Assembly: GCA_902606665.1 (NCBI GenBank)
Contig: CACLHE010000001.1
Span: 1-60,965 of the forward strand
Direction: 5' to 3'
Length of the DNA: 60,965 nucleotides
DNA from: an uncultured Pelagibacteraceae bacterium
GTDB lineage: Bacteria > Pseudomonadota > Alphaproteobacteria > Pelagibacterales > Pelagibacteraceae
In this document: piece after piece, positions 29,961-39,605 of the stretch
Position numbering within the stretch: position 1 is the stretch's first letter
Layout: each line of letters opens with the position of its first letter
Position numbers and translations under genes: made by a program
The notes under the pieces: model-generated
The model's database searches: none
The model's input: only the letters and a program-made list of their open reading frames with translations
Told to the model about the DNA's origin: nothing

Positions 29961-30616
29961 GTGATCAATTAATTCTAAAATTTCCAAGTCAAAATGCTTA
30001 TAAAAAAGAAGATTTTTATGTATCATCAAGCAATCAAGAAGCATACAACTTCATAAATAGTTGGCCAAAATGGGTAAAAAGAATTATTAATATTTTCGGT
30101 CCGCCTGGATCTGGAAAATCTCATTTAGCTTCTCTTTTAAAAAACAAAACAACTTGTTTGCAAATTAATTCCAGCGAACTAGGAGAAAAAACTATAACAG
30201 ATTTTAAAACAAAAGAAGCTTTGATAATAGAAAATTTAGATGAATATATTCCAGAAAAATTATTATTCTCCATATGGAATATTGCACTCCAGGACAATAA
30301 ATATTTTTTGATAACTTCAAGAAAACCAATGAATTCTTATAAATTTCAATTAAGGGATTTAATGTCAAGAATAAATAGTAGTATAATTATTGGCATAAAA
30401 CTTCCGAGCGATGAATTGCTTAGCGTGATTCTAGCAAAGAACTTTTCTGACAAACAAATAAAAGTTGAAAAAAAGCATATAGAATACATAATAAAAAGAA
30501 TTGACAGGTCTTATGAAAAAATATCACAATTTATTTTAACTTTGGACAAATATTCATTAAAAAAGGGAAGTCCTTTTAGCTTAAAATTGATTAAAGAAGT
30601 ATTAAAAATGATATAA
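29957..30616 (+). CDS. hdaA: DnaA-related regulatory protein HdaA (regulatory inactivation of DnaA)
   Basis: The 219-aa product has an AAA+ Walker A (GPPGSGKSHL), an IIENLD Walker B-like block, and DnaA domain III-like size and layout. Confidence 0.8.
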   Translation: MSDQLILKFPSQNAYKKEDFYVSSSNQEAYNFINSWPKWVKRIINIFGPPGSGKSHLASLLKNKTTCLQINSSELGEKTITDFKTKEALIIENLDEYIPEKLLFSIWNIALQDNKYFLITSRKPMNSYKFQLRDLMSRINSSIIIGIKLPSDELLSVILAKNFSDKQIKVEKKHIEYIIKRIDRSYEKISQFILTLDKYSLKKGSPFSLKLIKEVLKMI

Positions 30617-30635
30617 TTTTTAAAAAGGAATCATT

Positions 30636-32429
30636 TTGCATAAATATAGAACTCACACTTGTTCAGAAGTTACAAAGAAACATTCAGGCGAAACAGTTAA
30701 ACTTTCAGGATGGATTCATAGAAAACGTGATCATGGAAATCTTCTTTTCTTTGATTTAAGAGATCATTTTGGTTTGACGCAATGTGTTATAGAGAATACT
30801 GATAATTTATTCAAATTAGCAGAAAAAATTAAACCAGAATCAGTAGTATGCGTTTCTGGTAAAGTGATTAAAAGGTCTAGTGAAACAATCAATAAAGATT
30901 TGTTTACTGGGGAAGTTGAAATAAAAGTTTCTTCATTTGAAGTTTTGTCCGAGGCCAAAGATCTTCCAATGCCAGTCTTTGGTGAACAAGATTACCCAGA
31001 AGAAACAAGATTAAAATATAGATTTCTCGATTTACGAAGAGACGAAATGCATGAAAGTATTATTTTAAGATCGAAAGTAATTTCATTTATAAGAAACAAA
31101 ATGATTTCGGATGGCTTTTTAGAATTTCAAACTCCAATACTGACTGCATCTAGTCCAGAAGGAGCTAGAGATTTTTTAGTCCCAAGCAGAACCCACCCAG
31201 GAAAATTTTATGCATTACCTCAAGCTCCGCAACAATTTAAACAAATGGTGATGATTTCTGGTTTTGATAGATATTTTCAAATTGCACCATGTTTTAGAGA
31301 TGAAGATGGCAGAGCTGACAGAAGTCCAGGAGAACATTATCAACTTGATATAGAAATGTCTTTCGTTGAACAGGAAGATATATTCAAAGCTGTTGAACCT
31401 ATTTTTTTTGAACTGTTTACTAAATTTGGAAAAGAAAAAAAAGTTTCTAAAAATCCATTTAAAATAATTACATACAAAGAATCAATGTTAAAATATGGTA
31501 CTGATAAACCAGATTTAAGAAACCCAATAAAAATATCAGATGTAACAGAAATTATGAAAAGAGATGATGTTAAATTAGATATTTTTAAAAAATCGATTGA
31601 GAAAGGATCGGTAGTTAGAGCTATACCCGCTCCAAACACATCTTCTAAACCAAGAAGTTTTTTTGATAGTTATAATAATTGGGCAAAAGAGGAAGGAGCC
31701 AAAGGCTTGGGATATATTATACTAGAAAAAACTAATGGTAAGTTAGCTGCCAAAGGACCTTTAGGAAAATTCTTTTCAGAAAAGGCTATGAGTGAATTAG
31801 TGAAAATTTGTGAATTAAAAGATAAGGATGCAGTATTTTTTTCAGCAGATAAAATCAAAGAAGCAGAAAGAATTTCTGGATTAGCTAGACAAAAACTTGG
31901 CAAAGAGCTTAATCTTATAGATAATAAAAAATTTGAATTTTGTTGGATAACTGACTATCCTATGTATCAGTTTGATGAAAAAGAAAAGAAAATAGATTTT
32001 AGCCACAATCCTTTTTCAATGCCACAAGTTGATATAAAAAATTTCGATAAAGCTGATCCTTTATCTATTCTTGCCTATCAATATGATTTAGTTTGTAATG
32101 GTTATGAAATATCTTCTGGGGCAATAAGAAATCATTTACCTGAGCTGATGTACAAAGTTTTTTCTAAAGTTGGCTATTCTAAGGAACAAGTTAATTCAAA
32201 ATTTGAAGGCATGATAAAAGCTCTATCTTACGGAGCTCCTCCTCATGGAGGGATGGCACCAGGAATAGACAGAATAGTTATGTTATTAGCTGATAAAGTT
32301 AATATTCGTGAGGTAACTTTGTTTCCAATGAATCAAAATGCCCAAGATTTATTAATGGGAGCTCCATCTAAACCAAGTGATGCTCAACTTAAGGAATTAA
32401 ACATTAAAGTAGTAGAAAAAAAGAAATAA
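30636..32429 (+). CDS. aspS: aspartate--tRNA ligase
   Basis: It has a class IIb OB-fold N-terminus ([22 protein letters not shown]), motif 2 [10 protein letters not shown] and motif 3 GGMAPGIDR. The start codon is TTG. Confidence 0.96.
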   Translation: MHKYRTHTCSEVTKKHSGETVKLSGWIHRKRDHGNLLFFDLRDHFGLTQCVIENTDNLFKLAEKIKPESVVCVSGKVIKRSSETINKDLFTGEVEIKVSSFEVLSEAKDLPMPVFGEQDYPEETRLKYRFLDLRRDEMHESIILRSKVISFIRNKMISDGFLEFQTPILTASSPEGARDFLVPSRTHPGKFYALPQAPQQFKQMVMISGFDRYFQIAPCFRDEDGRADRSPGEHYQLDIEMSFVEQEDIFKAVEPIFFELFTKFGKEKKVSKNPFKIITYKESMLKYGTDKPDLRNPIKISDVTEIMKRDDVKLDIFKKSIEKGSVVRAIPAPNTSSKPRSFFDSYNNWAKEEGAKGLGYIILEKTNGKLAAKGPLGKFFSEKAMSELVKICELKDKDAVFFSADKIKEAERISGLARQKLGKELNLIDNKKFEFCWITDYPMYQFDEKEKKIDFSHNPFSMPQVDIKNFDKADPLSILAYQYDLVCNGYEISSGAIRNHLPELMYKVFSKVGYSKEQVNSKFEGMIKALSYGAPPHGGMAPGIDRIVMLLADKVNIREVTLFPMNQNAQDLLMGAPSKPSDAQLKELNIKVVEKKK

Positions 32430-32432
32430 TTA

Positions 32433-33266
32433 TTACTTATTACTTTTTAAATTTAATCTGATATTGCTTAAATCTACAAGTTTGTCTTTGTAATTGCTCC
32501 TGACAAAACCTTTGCTTGTAATTCCTTTTACTAATTTTAAAAAACTATCTTCATTATCTGTTCCAATTTGCTCATCGCTGCTTGTTTTTTTAATAGAAGG
32601 TGTATGAGCGAGATCTTCTCTTCCTAGATAAGATATAGCTAATTCTCTAAATATATAATCAAGAATTGATGAAGCATTTAAAATTCTATCATTACCTTTA
32701 ATTTCGCCAGAAGGTTCAAATTTTGTTTCAATAAAAGCATCAACAAATTCATCCAAGGGCACTCCATATTGTAGTCCTAAAGATATAGCTATCGCAAAAT
32801 TATTCATCAGAGCTTTTACAAGTTCACCTTCTTTGTTCATATCAATAAAAATTTCACCTACTTTTCCGTCATCATATTCTCCTGTATGCAAATAAATCTT
32901 ATGGTCTCCAATACTAACTTTTTGAATATATCCTTTTCTTCTATCTGGCATTTTTGATCTATTATTGGTTTTTTTGTGATATTTAATATTGGTATTATCT
33001 ACATTTTCAGACTTTGTTATTTTATCACTTACAATAGTGGAAAAATCAGGAAGATTTTTCTTTTTAATATCACTTACAGATTCTTTAAAATTTTCTTTTT
33101 TACTGTCAGTTCTAGTTTTTCTATTATTTAACTGAACATCAATAATCCTTACATCACCATCGTTACGATTTTCTAGATCGGCTAGCTTCTTTTCACTTAG
33201 CTCATCAAGTTTATGAATTATCTTAAATGTGCAAGTATAAAAAGTTTCTACTATGTACTTTGACAT
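32433..33266 (-). CDS. stand-alone protein resembling the C-terminal (TSCPD-type) module of class II ribonucleotide reductase NrdJ, with a low-complexity N-terminal half
   Basis: [96 protein letters not shown] matches my recollection of the alphaproteobacterial NrdJ C-terminus. No catalytic RNR region lies upstream. I chose the ATG at 33266; the ORF track's TTG at 33281 is an alternative start. Confidence 0.6.
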   Translation of the reverse strand: MSKYIVETFYTCTFKIIHKLDELSEKKLADLENRNDGDVRIIDVQLNNRKTRTDSKKENFKESVSDIKKKNLPDFSTIVSDKITKSENVDNTNIKYHKKTNNRSKMPDRRKGYIQKVSIGDHKIYLHTGEYDDGKVGEIFIDMNKEGELVKALMNNFAIAISLGLQYGVPLDEFVDAFIETKFEPSGEIKGNDRILNASSILDYIFRELAISYLGREDLAHTPSIKKTSSDEQIGTDNEDSFLKLVKGITSKGFVRSNYKDKLVDLSNIRLNLKSNK

Positions 33267-33432
33267 GTTTTCTAATACCAAAATTTGAAAAAATTATACG
33301 AAGAAGACATTAATATGATATATACTAATTACAATTTATGTCTAATAAATTATTTACAATTTTTAATTGTGTGGATTTTTTTTATTAAATAAAAAAAGCA
33401 TTGAATAAAAAACGAATCGAAAGAGACTAATA

Positions 33433-33798
33433 ATGAATTTTTTAAAACAAATATTTACTTGGTGGCACAAACAAACTGTTGGAACTTTTATATATACCTT
33501 GTTATTTGGGAAATATTCTGGCGAGGATCAATTTGGAAACAAATATTACTCTAACTCCAAAGGTAAAAGGTGGGTGATCTATGAAAAAAATATTGAAGCT
33601 TCAAAAATTCCACCCGAGTGGCATGCATGGATTCATTTTCTGGTAAGAAATGTACCTGATAACAAAAGTAAAAAGTTTTTATGGCAGAAACCACATCAGG
33701 AGAATTTAACAGGAACAGACAAAGCTTATAAACCCGATGGTTCCTTATCATCAAAAATAAAAAAAAATATTAAAAAATATGAAACTTGGAAATCTTAA
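33433..33798 (+). CDS. NADH:ubiquinone oxidoreductase subunit NDUFA12-like protein
   Basis: WWHKQTVGTFIYTLLFG..GEDQFGNKYY...RWVIY....ASKIPPEWHAWIH is the characteristic NDUFA12/B17.2 family pattern seen in alphaproteobacteria. Confidence 0.85.
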   Translation: MNFLKQIFTWWHKQTVGTFIYTLLFGKYSGEDQFGNKYYSNSKGKRWVIYEKNIEASKIPPEWHAWIHFLVRNVPDNKSKKFLWQKPHQENLTGTDKAYKPDGSLSSKIKKNIKKYETWKS

Positions 33799-34309
33799 AA
33801 AAATTGTTTTTTTTATTCTTTTACCTATAATAATTAATTCACCTATTTTGGCAGCTGATAAAATTCAATCGGTTCCTTTAATAAATTTGGAAGAATTATC
33901 ACCTACATTTGAAGAAGAAAAAGATGAGTTGGAAAAAATAGAAAACAAGAGTGTTAATCTTAAAAAAACTGAATCTGAACCGGATATGTCGAACAATAAA
34001 GACAATAAAAAAATTTATATTAACATAAAGGCGTTAGATAAGATTACAGCAAAAACATCAGCTATTAAGCTTGAAGTAGGCGAAAAAAAATTTTTTGGAA
34101 AATTAGAAATTAAAGCATTAAAATGTCAGCTCTCTGAAAATAATAATACAATTGATACGGTAGCATATTTGCAAGTTAAAGATTTATCGATTGATGATAA
34201 TAATCAGGTATTTTTGTTTAATGGATGGACTTTTGCTTCAAGCCCTACTTTACAATCAATAGATCATCCCGTTTACGATTTATGGATTACTGGTTGTGAG
34301 AATATTTAG
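33779..34309 (+). CDS. secreted DUF2155-like protein
   Basis: It has a signal peptide (IVFFILLPIIINSPILA). From memory, its position directly after the NDUFA12-like gene is where DUF2155 proteins usually sit in alphaproteobacteria. The family assignment is unverified. Confidence 0.5.
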   Translation: MKLGNLKKIVFFILLPIIINSPILAADKIQSVPLINLEELSPTFEEEKDELEKIENKSVNLKKTESEPDMSNNKDNKKIYINIKALDKITAKTSAIKLEVGEKKFFGKLEIKALKCQLSENNNTIDTVAYLQVKDLSIDDNNQVFLFNGWTFASSPTLQSIDHPVYDLWITGCENI

Positions 34310-35643
34310 TAAAAAGATTCTTTAACTAACCAATTTACATCGAAGTCAGAATTAATAAATTTTTTATGGTTTAGTATTTTTTTATGCAAATCAATAGTGG
34401 TTGTAATTCCCTCAATAACAAATTCATTTAATGATCTTTGCAATCTTTGAATAGCTTCTTCTCTATCTCTACCTTGGCAAATTAGTTTACAAATTAGGCT
34501 ATCGTAATATGGTGTAATCTTGCAGCCTTGAAATATGGCTCCATCCACCCTAGTTCTGAAGCCTGAAGGTTGGTGACATACATTAATTGTACCTGGGCTT
34601 GGTTGAAAGTCTTTACTTGGATCTTCTGCGTTTATTCTGCACTCAATAACATGGCCTCTAAAAGTAATATCAGATTGTTTTAATGATGTTTTACCTTTCG
34701 AGGCAATTTTTATTTGCTCTTTTACTATGTCTATTCCACCTCTTATTTCAGAAACAGGATGTTCAACCTGTATTCTTGTATTCATTTCTAGAAAAAAAAA
34801 TTTTCCATTGTCATAAATAAATTCAACAGTTCCCGCACCTTCGTAATTAAGTTTACTTACCATTTCTACAGTTCTATTTAATAAATCTTGTCTTGTTTTT
34901 TCATTTAATACTGGACTAGGCGATTCTTCGATAAGTTTTTGGTGCTTTCTTTGCACCGAACAATCTCTTTCACCCATATGTATGGTTGTTTTTTTGTCTG
35001 ATAAAATTTGAACTTCTATATGTCTAGGTTTTTCAAAATATTTTTCTATATAAACTTCATCATTTGAAAAGTATTTTTTTGCTTCCTGTTTTGCCATGGA
35101 TAGAGCAACATCCATTTCTTGTTCTTTGTTTACTAATTTCATTCCTTTTCCACCACCACCAGCCGATGCCTTAATTAAGATTGGATATCCTATCTTTGAT
35201 GCAATTTTTTTTGCTTCATTTAATGATTTAATATTTTCCTCTGATCCTTCAATAATAGGTAGACCAAATTTTTTCGCAGTTCTTTTGGCTTCTATCTTAT
35301 TTCCCATTTTTTTCATTATTTCAGCACTAGGACCAATAAATTTTATTTTACTTTTTGTGACAATTTCTGCAAAATGATAGTTTTCAGAGAGAAATCCATA
35401 TCCAGGATGAATTGCATCTGATCCCGTAATATCAGCAGCAGACATTATAGCACCAATATTTAAATAACTATTTTGAGGTTTATGAGAACCTATACAAATA
35501 CTTTCATCAGCCAATCTTACATGCATTGAATCCGAGTCAACATCAGAGTGGATTGCTACAGAAGGAATATTTAATTCTTTGCAAGCTCTAATTATTCGAA
35601 CCGCGATTTCGCCACGGTTAGCTACTAAGATTTTTTTAAACAT
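34306..35643 (-). CDS. accC: acetyl-CoA carboxylase, biotin carboxylase subunit
   Basis: KILVANRGEIAVRIIRAC, an ATP-grasp GGGGKGM block, EMNTRIQVEHPV and full-length collinearity support the call. Confidence 0.97.
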   Translation of the reverse strand: MFKKILVANRGEIAVRIIRACKELNIPSVAIHSDVDSDSMHVRLADESICIGSHKPQNSYLNIGAIMSAADITGSDAIHPGYGFLSENYHFAEIVTKSKIKFIGPSAEIMKKMGNKIEAKRTAKKFGLPIIEGSEENIKSLNEAKKIASKIGYPILIKASAGGGGKGMKLVNKEQEMDVALSMAKQEAKKYFSNDEVYIEKYFEKPRHIEVQILSDKKTTIHMGERDCSVQRKHQKLIEESPSPVLNEKTRQDLLNRTVEMVSKLNYEGAGTVEFIYDNGKFFFLEMNTRIQVEHPVSEIRGGIDIVKEQIKIASKGKTSLKQSDITFRGHVIECRINAEDPSKDFQPSPGTINVCHQPSGFRTRVDGAIFQGCKITPYYDSLICKLICQGRDREEAIQRLQRSLNEFVIEGITTTIDLHKKILNHKKFINSDFDVNWLVKESFY

Positions 35644-36050
35644 TATTTAACCGATATCAGAGGTTGACCAAACTCAACAGGCTCACCGTCTTTTACAAAA
35701 ACTTTACTAACAGTTCCATTTTCAGTAGATGGTACGTGATTCATTGTTTTCATAGCTTCGACAATCATTATGGTTTGTCCTTTTTTTACTTTTTCACCCA
35801 CTTCTACAAATTTCTTAGCACCGGGCTCTGAAGCCAAATATGCAGTTCCAACTATTGGAGAAGTAACATTTGTTCCATTATTTTCTACTGCTATTTTTTT
35901 TTTATTTACCTCTGTAGACACAACAGCTGAATTATTTATAGATCGAGAAACTTTAACTTTCGTACTTCCCTCAGCATATTCAATTTCTGTTAGATGATAT
36001 TCCTTTAAATATCCAACTAATTCTTCAATAATTTTTTTATCTATTTTCAT
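35643..36050 (-). CDS. accB: biotin carboxyl carrier protein
   Basis: It carries the biotinyl-lysine motif VEAMKTMN near the C-terminus and lies directly upstream of accC. Confidence 0.95.
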   Translation of the reverse strand: MKIDKKIIEELVGYLKEYHLTEIEYAEGSTKVKVSRSINNSAVVSTEVNKKKIAVENNGTNVTSPIVGTAYLASEPGAKKFVEVGEKVKKGQTIMIVEAMKTMNHVPSTENGTVSKVFVKDGEPVEFGQPLISVK

Positions 36051-36488
36051 CTAATCAATAATTTCTTTTATAGAGTCTAATGCCATAATATATCCTTTTA
36101 CACCAAATCCACAAATAATTCCTTTTGCAGCTTTACTTATCAAGGATTTTTTTCTGAATTCTTCACGGTTATATATATTTGTTATATGAACTTCTATTGT
36201 AGGTAACTTGATTGCAAGAAGAGCATCAAGAATTGCAACTGAAGTGTGTGTATATCCTGCAGCATTAATTATTATACCTTGGTATTTATCTTTAGCATTT
36301 TGAATCATTGTAACTATTTCACCTTCAATATTGGACTGATCAAACTTTATTTGTAGACCAATAGATTTTGCATGGGATTCACAATTTTTTTTTACTTCTG
36401 AAAGAGTGGTTTTTCCATACTTGGCTTCCTCTCTATCACCAAGAAGATTTAAGTTAGGTCCATTTATTATTAGTATTTTTTTTGTCAT
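36051..36488 (-). CDS. aroQ: type II 3-dehydroquinate dehydratase
   Basis: ILIINGPNLNLLG..RE...YG and INAAGYTHTSVAI are present. It forms the conserved aroQ-accB-accC arrangement. Confidence 0.95.
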   Translation of the reverse strand: MTKKILIINGPNLNLLGDREEAKYGKTTLSEVKKNCESHAKSIGLQIKFDQSNIEGEIVTMIQNAKDKYQGIIINAAGYTHTSVAILDALLAIKLPTIEVHITNIYNREEFRKKSLISKAAKGIICGFGVKGYIMALDSIKEIID

Positions 36489-36511
36489 ATAAATAAGTTA
36501 AAATAATTTAA

Positions 36512-36730
36512 ATGAATAACTTAAATGTGGCAAAAATACAATTAAATGGGAATGCTTACGAAATAAAGCATGGTACTAATTTAGATGACTTAGTAAATAG
36601 GCTTAAATTACACAAAAATAAAGTTGCCATAGAAGTAAATGGTGAAATTGTCGAAAAAAATAAATATCCAAGTCTAGTATTAAATAAAAATGACAAAGTA
36701 GAAATAGTTCATTTTATCGGAGGAGGATAA
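36512..36730 (+). CDS. thiS: thiamine biosynthesis sulfur carrier ThiS
   Basis: The 72-aa product has a ubiquitin-like size and a C-terminal GGG end. Its terminal GGAGGAGGA codons form a Shine-Dalgarno 6 nt before the thiG TTG start. Confidence 0.88.
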   Translation: MNNLNVAKIQLNGNAYEIKHGTNLDDLVNRLKLHKNKVAIEVNGEIVEKNKYPSLVLNKNDKVEIVHFIGGG

Positions 36731-36733
36731 AAT

Positions 36734-37507
36734 TTGATAGAAGATACATTCACAATTGCAAATAAAAATTTTAAATCTAGATTGATTGTTGGAACAGGAA
36801 AGTACAAAACTTTTGAAGATACAGCAAATGCAGTTAAAGCATCTGGAGCAGACATTGTTACGGTCGCGATAAGAAGGGTAAATATTTTGGATAAAGGCCA
36901 ACCTCTATTAATGGATTATTTAGATCCAAAATCTATAACTTATCTACCAAACACTGCTGGATGTTATACCTCCGATGAAGCTTTGCGAACTTTAAGGCTA
37001 GCTAGAGAAATAGGAGGATGGAGATTGGTTAAACTCGAAGTTTTAGGTGATAAAAAAACATTATATCCAAACATGATTGAAACAATTAAATCAACAGAAG
37101 TTTTAGTTAAGGAAGGATTTGAAGTAATGGCGTACTGCACTGATGACCCAATTTTAACAAAAAAACTGGAAGATGTTGGCGCATGTTCTATAATGCCCTT
37201 AGGAGCTCCTATTGGTTCAGGATTAGGCATACAAAACAAAACAAATATAAGTTTAATTAAAGAACAATCATCTGTTCCAGTAATTGTTGATGCAGGGGTA
37301 GGTACAGCATCAGATGCTACAATAGCCATGGAGCTAGGTTGTGATGGAGTTTTAATTAATACAGCAATAGCAGAAGCAAAAAATCCAGTTATGATGGCTG
37401 AAGCCATGAAATATGCAGTCTTGGCTGGCAGGAAAGCTTTCAGAGCCGGTAGAATGAAAAAAAGACAATACGCAAGCGCTTCTTCCCCAAAAAAAGATTT
37501 GATATAG
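36734..37507 (+). CDS. thiG: thiazole synthase
   Basis: [37 protein letters not shown] and VDAG.G..SDA are conserved ThiG blocks. Confidence 0.96.
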   Translation: MIEDTFTIANKNFKSRLIVGTGKYKTFEDTANAVKASGADIVTVAIRRVNILDKGQPLLMDYLDPKSITYLPNTAGCYTSDEALRTLRLAREIGGWRLVKLEVLGDKKTLYPNMIETIKSTEVLVKEGFEVMAYCTDDPILTKKLEDVGACSIMPLGAPIGSGLGIQNKTNISLIKEQSSVPVIVDAGVGTASDATIAMELGCDGVLINTAIAEAKNPVMMAEAMKYAVLAGRKAFRAGRMKKRQYASASSPKKDLI

Positions 37508-37522
37508 TTATTTATGAAAAAA

Positions 37523-39430
37523 TTAGTAATTGACTAATTTTTTGGGGTAAAAATTACCTTTTCTTTTTTTGGACTGATAATTGTATTTTTTCCTAAATTT
37601 ATTTTTCTTTAAAAATTTTTTGTTATTAAAATTGGAACCTTTATATTTTTGGTTGATTAAATTATCTTGAATTCTTTCAATATTTTCAACTGTTTTTATA
37701 GTTTTTTTATTTTTGTTTAATAAATCAATTTTATATTCAGGAATTACCAAATTATAATCAGAAAGAATATTAAATTCTAATTTATAATTATTTCTAAAAT
37801 GTTTTATTTCTTTTATTAGATTTTCATCTATATATTTTTTGACCTTGAGTGGAACATTTATATTTACTATTTTTGCTTTATTAAAAAAAGCTAATTCTTC
37901 ACTCTTTTTAACAACTTTCAAAGCAAAAGAATCCAGTGAAAGCGTCATATTCCATCTAACAGAACTTTCTCTTAATCTTTGTCTAGTCATTTCAAGTAAA
38001 CCAAAGTTACTAATTCTTCCAAACTGTATTCTTGCTCTGTCATCTTTTAATTTTTCTTTTAGTTTTCTTTCAATTATTCTTCTATTATAAAAATTGTTCA
38101 TATCTATAAAATCAATAACAATTAAACCGGAAAGATCTCTTATTTTAATTTGTCTAGAAATTTCATCTGCAGCTTCAAGATTAGTTTTTAAAGCTGTTTT
38201 TTCTATATTGATCTCCTTTATTGATTGACCTGAATTTACATCGACCGACACTAGTGCTTCTGTGGGATTTATAACTAGATAACCTCCAGAAGCCAATTTT
38301 ACCGTTGGTTCAAATATTCTATTTAAACTCTTTTCAATCCCAACTTCATGAAATAAAGGTATTTTACCTCTATACTTTTTTATCTTTTTAACATTTTCTG
38401 GCATAAAAAATTTCATAAAATTTTTTGTTTTTTGATAACCCTCATTTCCATCAACGATTATATTTTTAGTTTCGTTTGTAAAAACATCTCTTATAGCTCT
38501 CTTAATTACATCTCCTTCTTCATATACCAGACTAGGTGCTATTGATTGAACAGCCTTATCTTTGATTCTTTCCCACTCATTAATCGTATTTGATATATCT
38601 TTGCCGATTTCATTTTTTGTTTTGTTTAAGCCGGCTGTTCTAACAATTAATCCCATACTTTCTGGTATCTCTATTTCTTTGAGTATACTTCTTATTTTTT
38701 TTCTATCCTCAGAATTAGTTATTTTTCTAGAAATCCCGCCACCTTTTGGAGTGTTCGGCATTAAAACGCTATATTTTCCAGCTAAAGATATAAAAGTAGT
38801 TAAAGCAGCTCCTTTTTGACCTCTTTCATCTTTTAAAATTTGAACTAGTATTATTTGATCAGGTTTAATTACTTCCTGTATTTTATATCTCCTAATACCA
38901 TACTTTCTTTTCAGTTCATTAAATTGATTATTTCTCTCAGTATTGGTTTGTTCATCTTTAATTTTTTCATCATTTAAATTTGATTCATTTTTAACATTTT
39001 CTGAATTTAAAATGTTAGATGATTCACTTTGATTTAGATTTGTTTCACTTTTTGCATTTCCATTATTTGTATTATTGGGTGACGCATCTTGATTTTTTTC
39101 AATTTCCTCTACATTTTTACTTTCTTCCTTAAGTTCTAATCTTAAATTTTCTTCTTCTTTTTTTAATTTAACTTTATCATCATGAGGAATTTGGTAATAA
39201 TCTGACTGAATGTCATTAAAAGCTAGAAAGCCGTGTCTAGTTTTACCGTAGTTAACAAAGGCAGCCTGCAGCGAAGGTTCAATTCTGCTTACTTTTCCTA
39301 AATAAATATTATTTTTTAAATAAAGTTTATTTTTATTTTCGTACTCATATTCTTCAATATGATTATCAGATTTAAGTACGATTCGTGTTTCATCAGGATG
39401 CGATGCATCGATGTATAAATTTTTTTCCAT
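37523..39430 (-). CDS. rne: ribonuclease E/G family endoribonuclease, with an insertion in the S1 domain and a short basic tail
   Basis: It has an S1 domain (YLGKVSRIEPSLQAAFVNYGKTRHGFL), then about 110 aa of N/E/S/K-rich insert. This is followed by DERGQKGAALTTFISLAGKYSVLMPN, GLIVRTAG, VSVDVNSG, LIVIDFIDM and NFGLLEMTRQR. Confidence 0.92.
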   Translation of the reverse strand: MEKNLYIDASHPDETRIVLKSDNHIEEYEYENKNKLYLKNNIYLGKVSRIEPSLQAAFVNYGKTRHGFLAFNDIQSDYYQIPHDDKVKLKKEEENLRLELKEESKNVEEIEKNQDASPNNTNNGNAKSETNLNQSESSNILNSENVKNESNLNDEKIKDEQTNTERNNQFNELKRKYGIRRYKIQEVIKPDQIILVQILKDERGQKGAALTTFISLAGKYSVLMPNTPKGGGISRKITNSEDRKKIRSILKEIEIPESMGLIVRTAGLNKTKNEIGKDISNTINEWERIKDKAVQSIAPSLVYEEGDVIKRAIRDVFTNETKNIIVDGNEGYQKTKNFMKFFMPENVKKIKKYRGKIPLFHEVGIEKSLNRIFEPTVKLASGGYLVINPTEALVSVDVNSGQSIKEINIEKTALKTNLEAADEISRQIKIRDLSGLIVIDFIDMNNFYNRRIIERKLKEKLKDDRARIQFGRISNFGLLEMTRQRLRESSVRWNMTLSLDSFALKVVKKSEELAFFNKAKIVNINVPLKVKKYIDENLIKEIKHFRNNYKLEFNILSDYNLVIPEYKIDLLNKNKKTIKTVENIERIQDNLINQKYKGSNFNNKKFLKKNKFRKKYNYQSKKRKGNFYPKKLVNY

Positions 39431-39605
39431 GAAAAAATGTTCCTATTTATAATGATAATATTGTTCATAAATTTGAATTTTGTTTGCTACTTTTTATACG
39501 TATACCCTAAATTAGAAGATAAATATACGCATTTCTTTTGAACAATTTTCACTTAATGAACTAAATGCCTTAAGAAAGCCAGATTTAATTCATTTCTTAA
39601 AAGAT

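Noticed and set aside
36489-36511. A TPP riboswitch upstream of thiS-thiG.
   Set aside because: The gap to the divergent aroQ start is only 23 nt, far too short for a roughly 100-nt THI element.
36964-37407. A 147-aa - strand ORF inside thiG, and a 73-aa ORF at 36680-36901 spanning thiS/thiG.
   Set aside because: Both are antisense to genes with unambiguous ThiS and ThiG motifs. Such open antisense frames are typical of the relatively GC-richer, codon-biased thiG.
39570-39600. An 8-bp inverted repeat TTAAGAAA-N15-TTTCTTAA ending 5 nt before the mrcA ATG, which could be a translational control hairpin.
   Set aside because: It is all A/T apart from one G:C pair. By rough estimate, about one such 8-bp repeat with a short loop is expected by chance in a 175-bp spacer of this composition.
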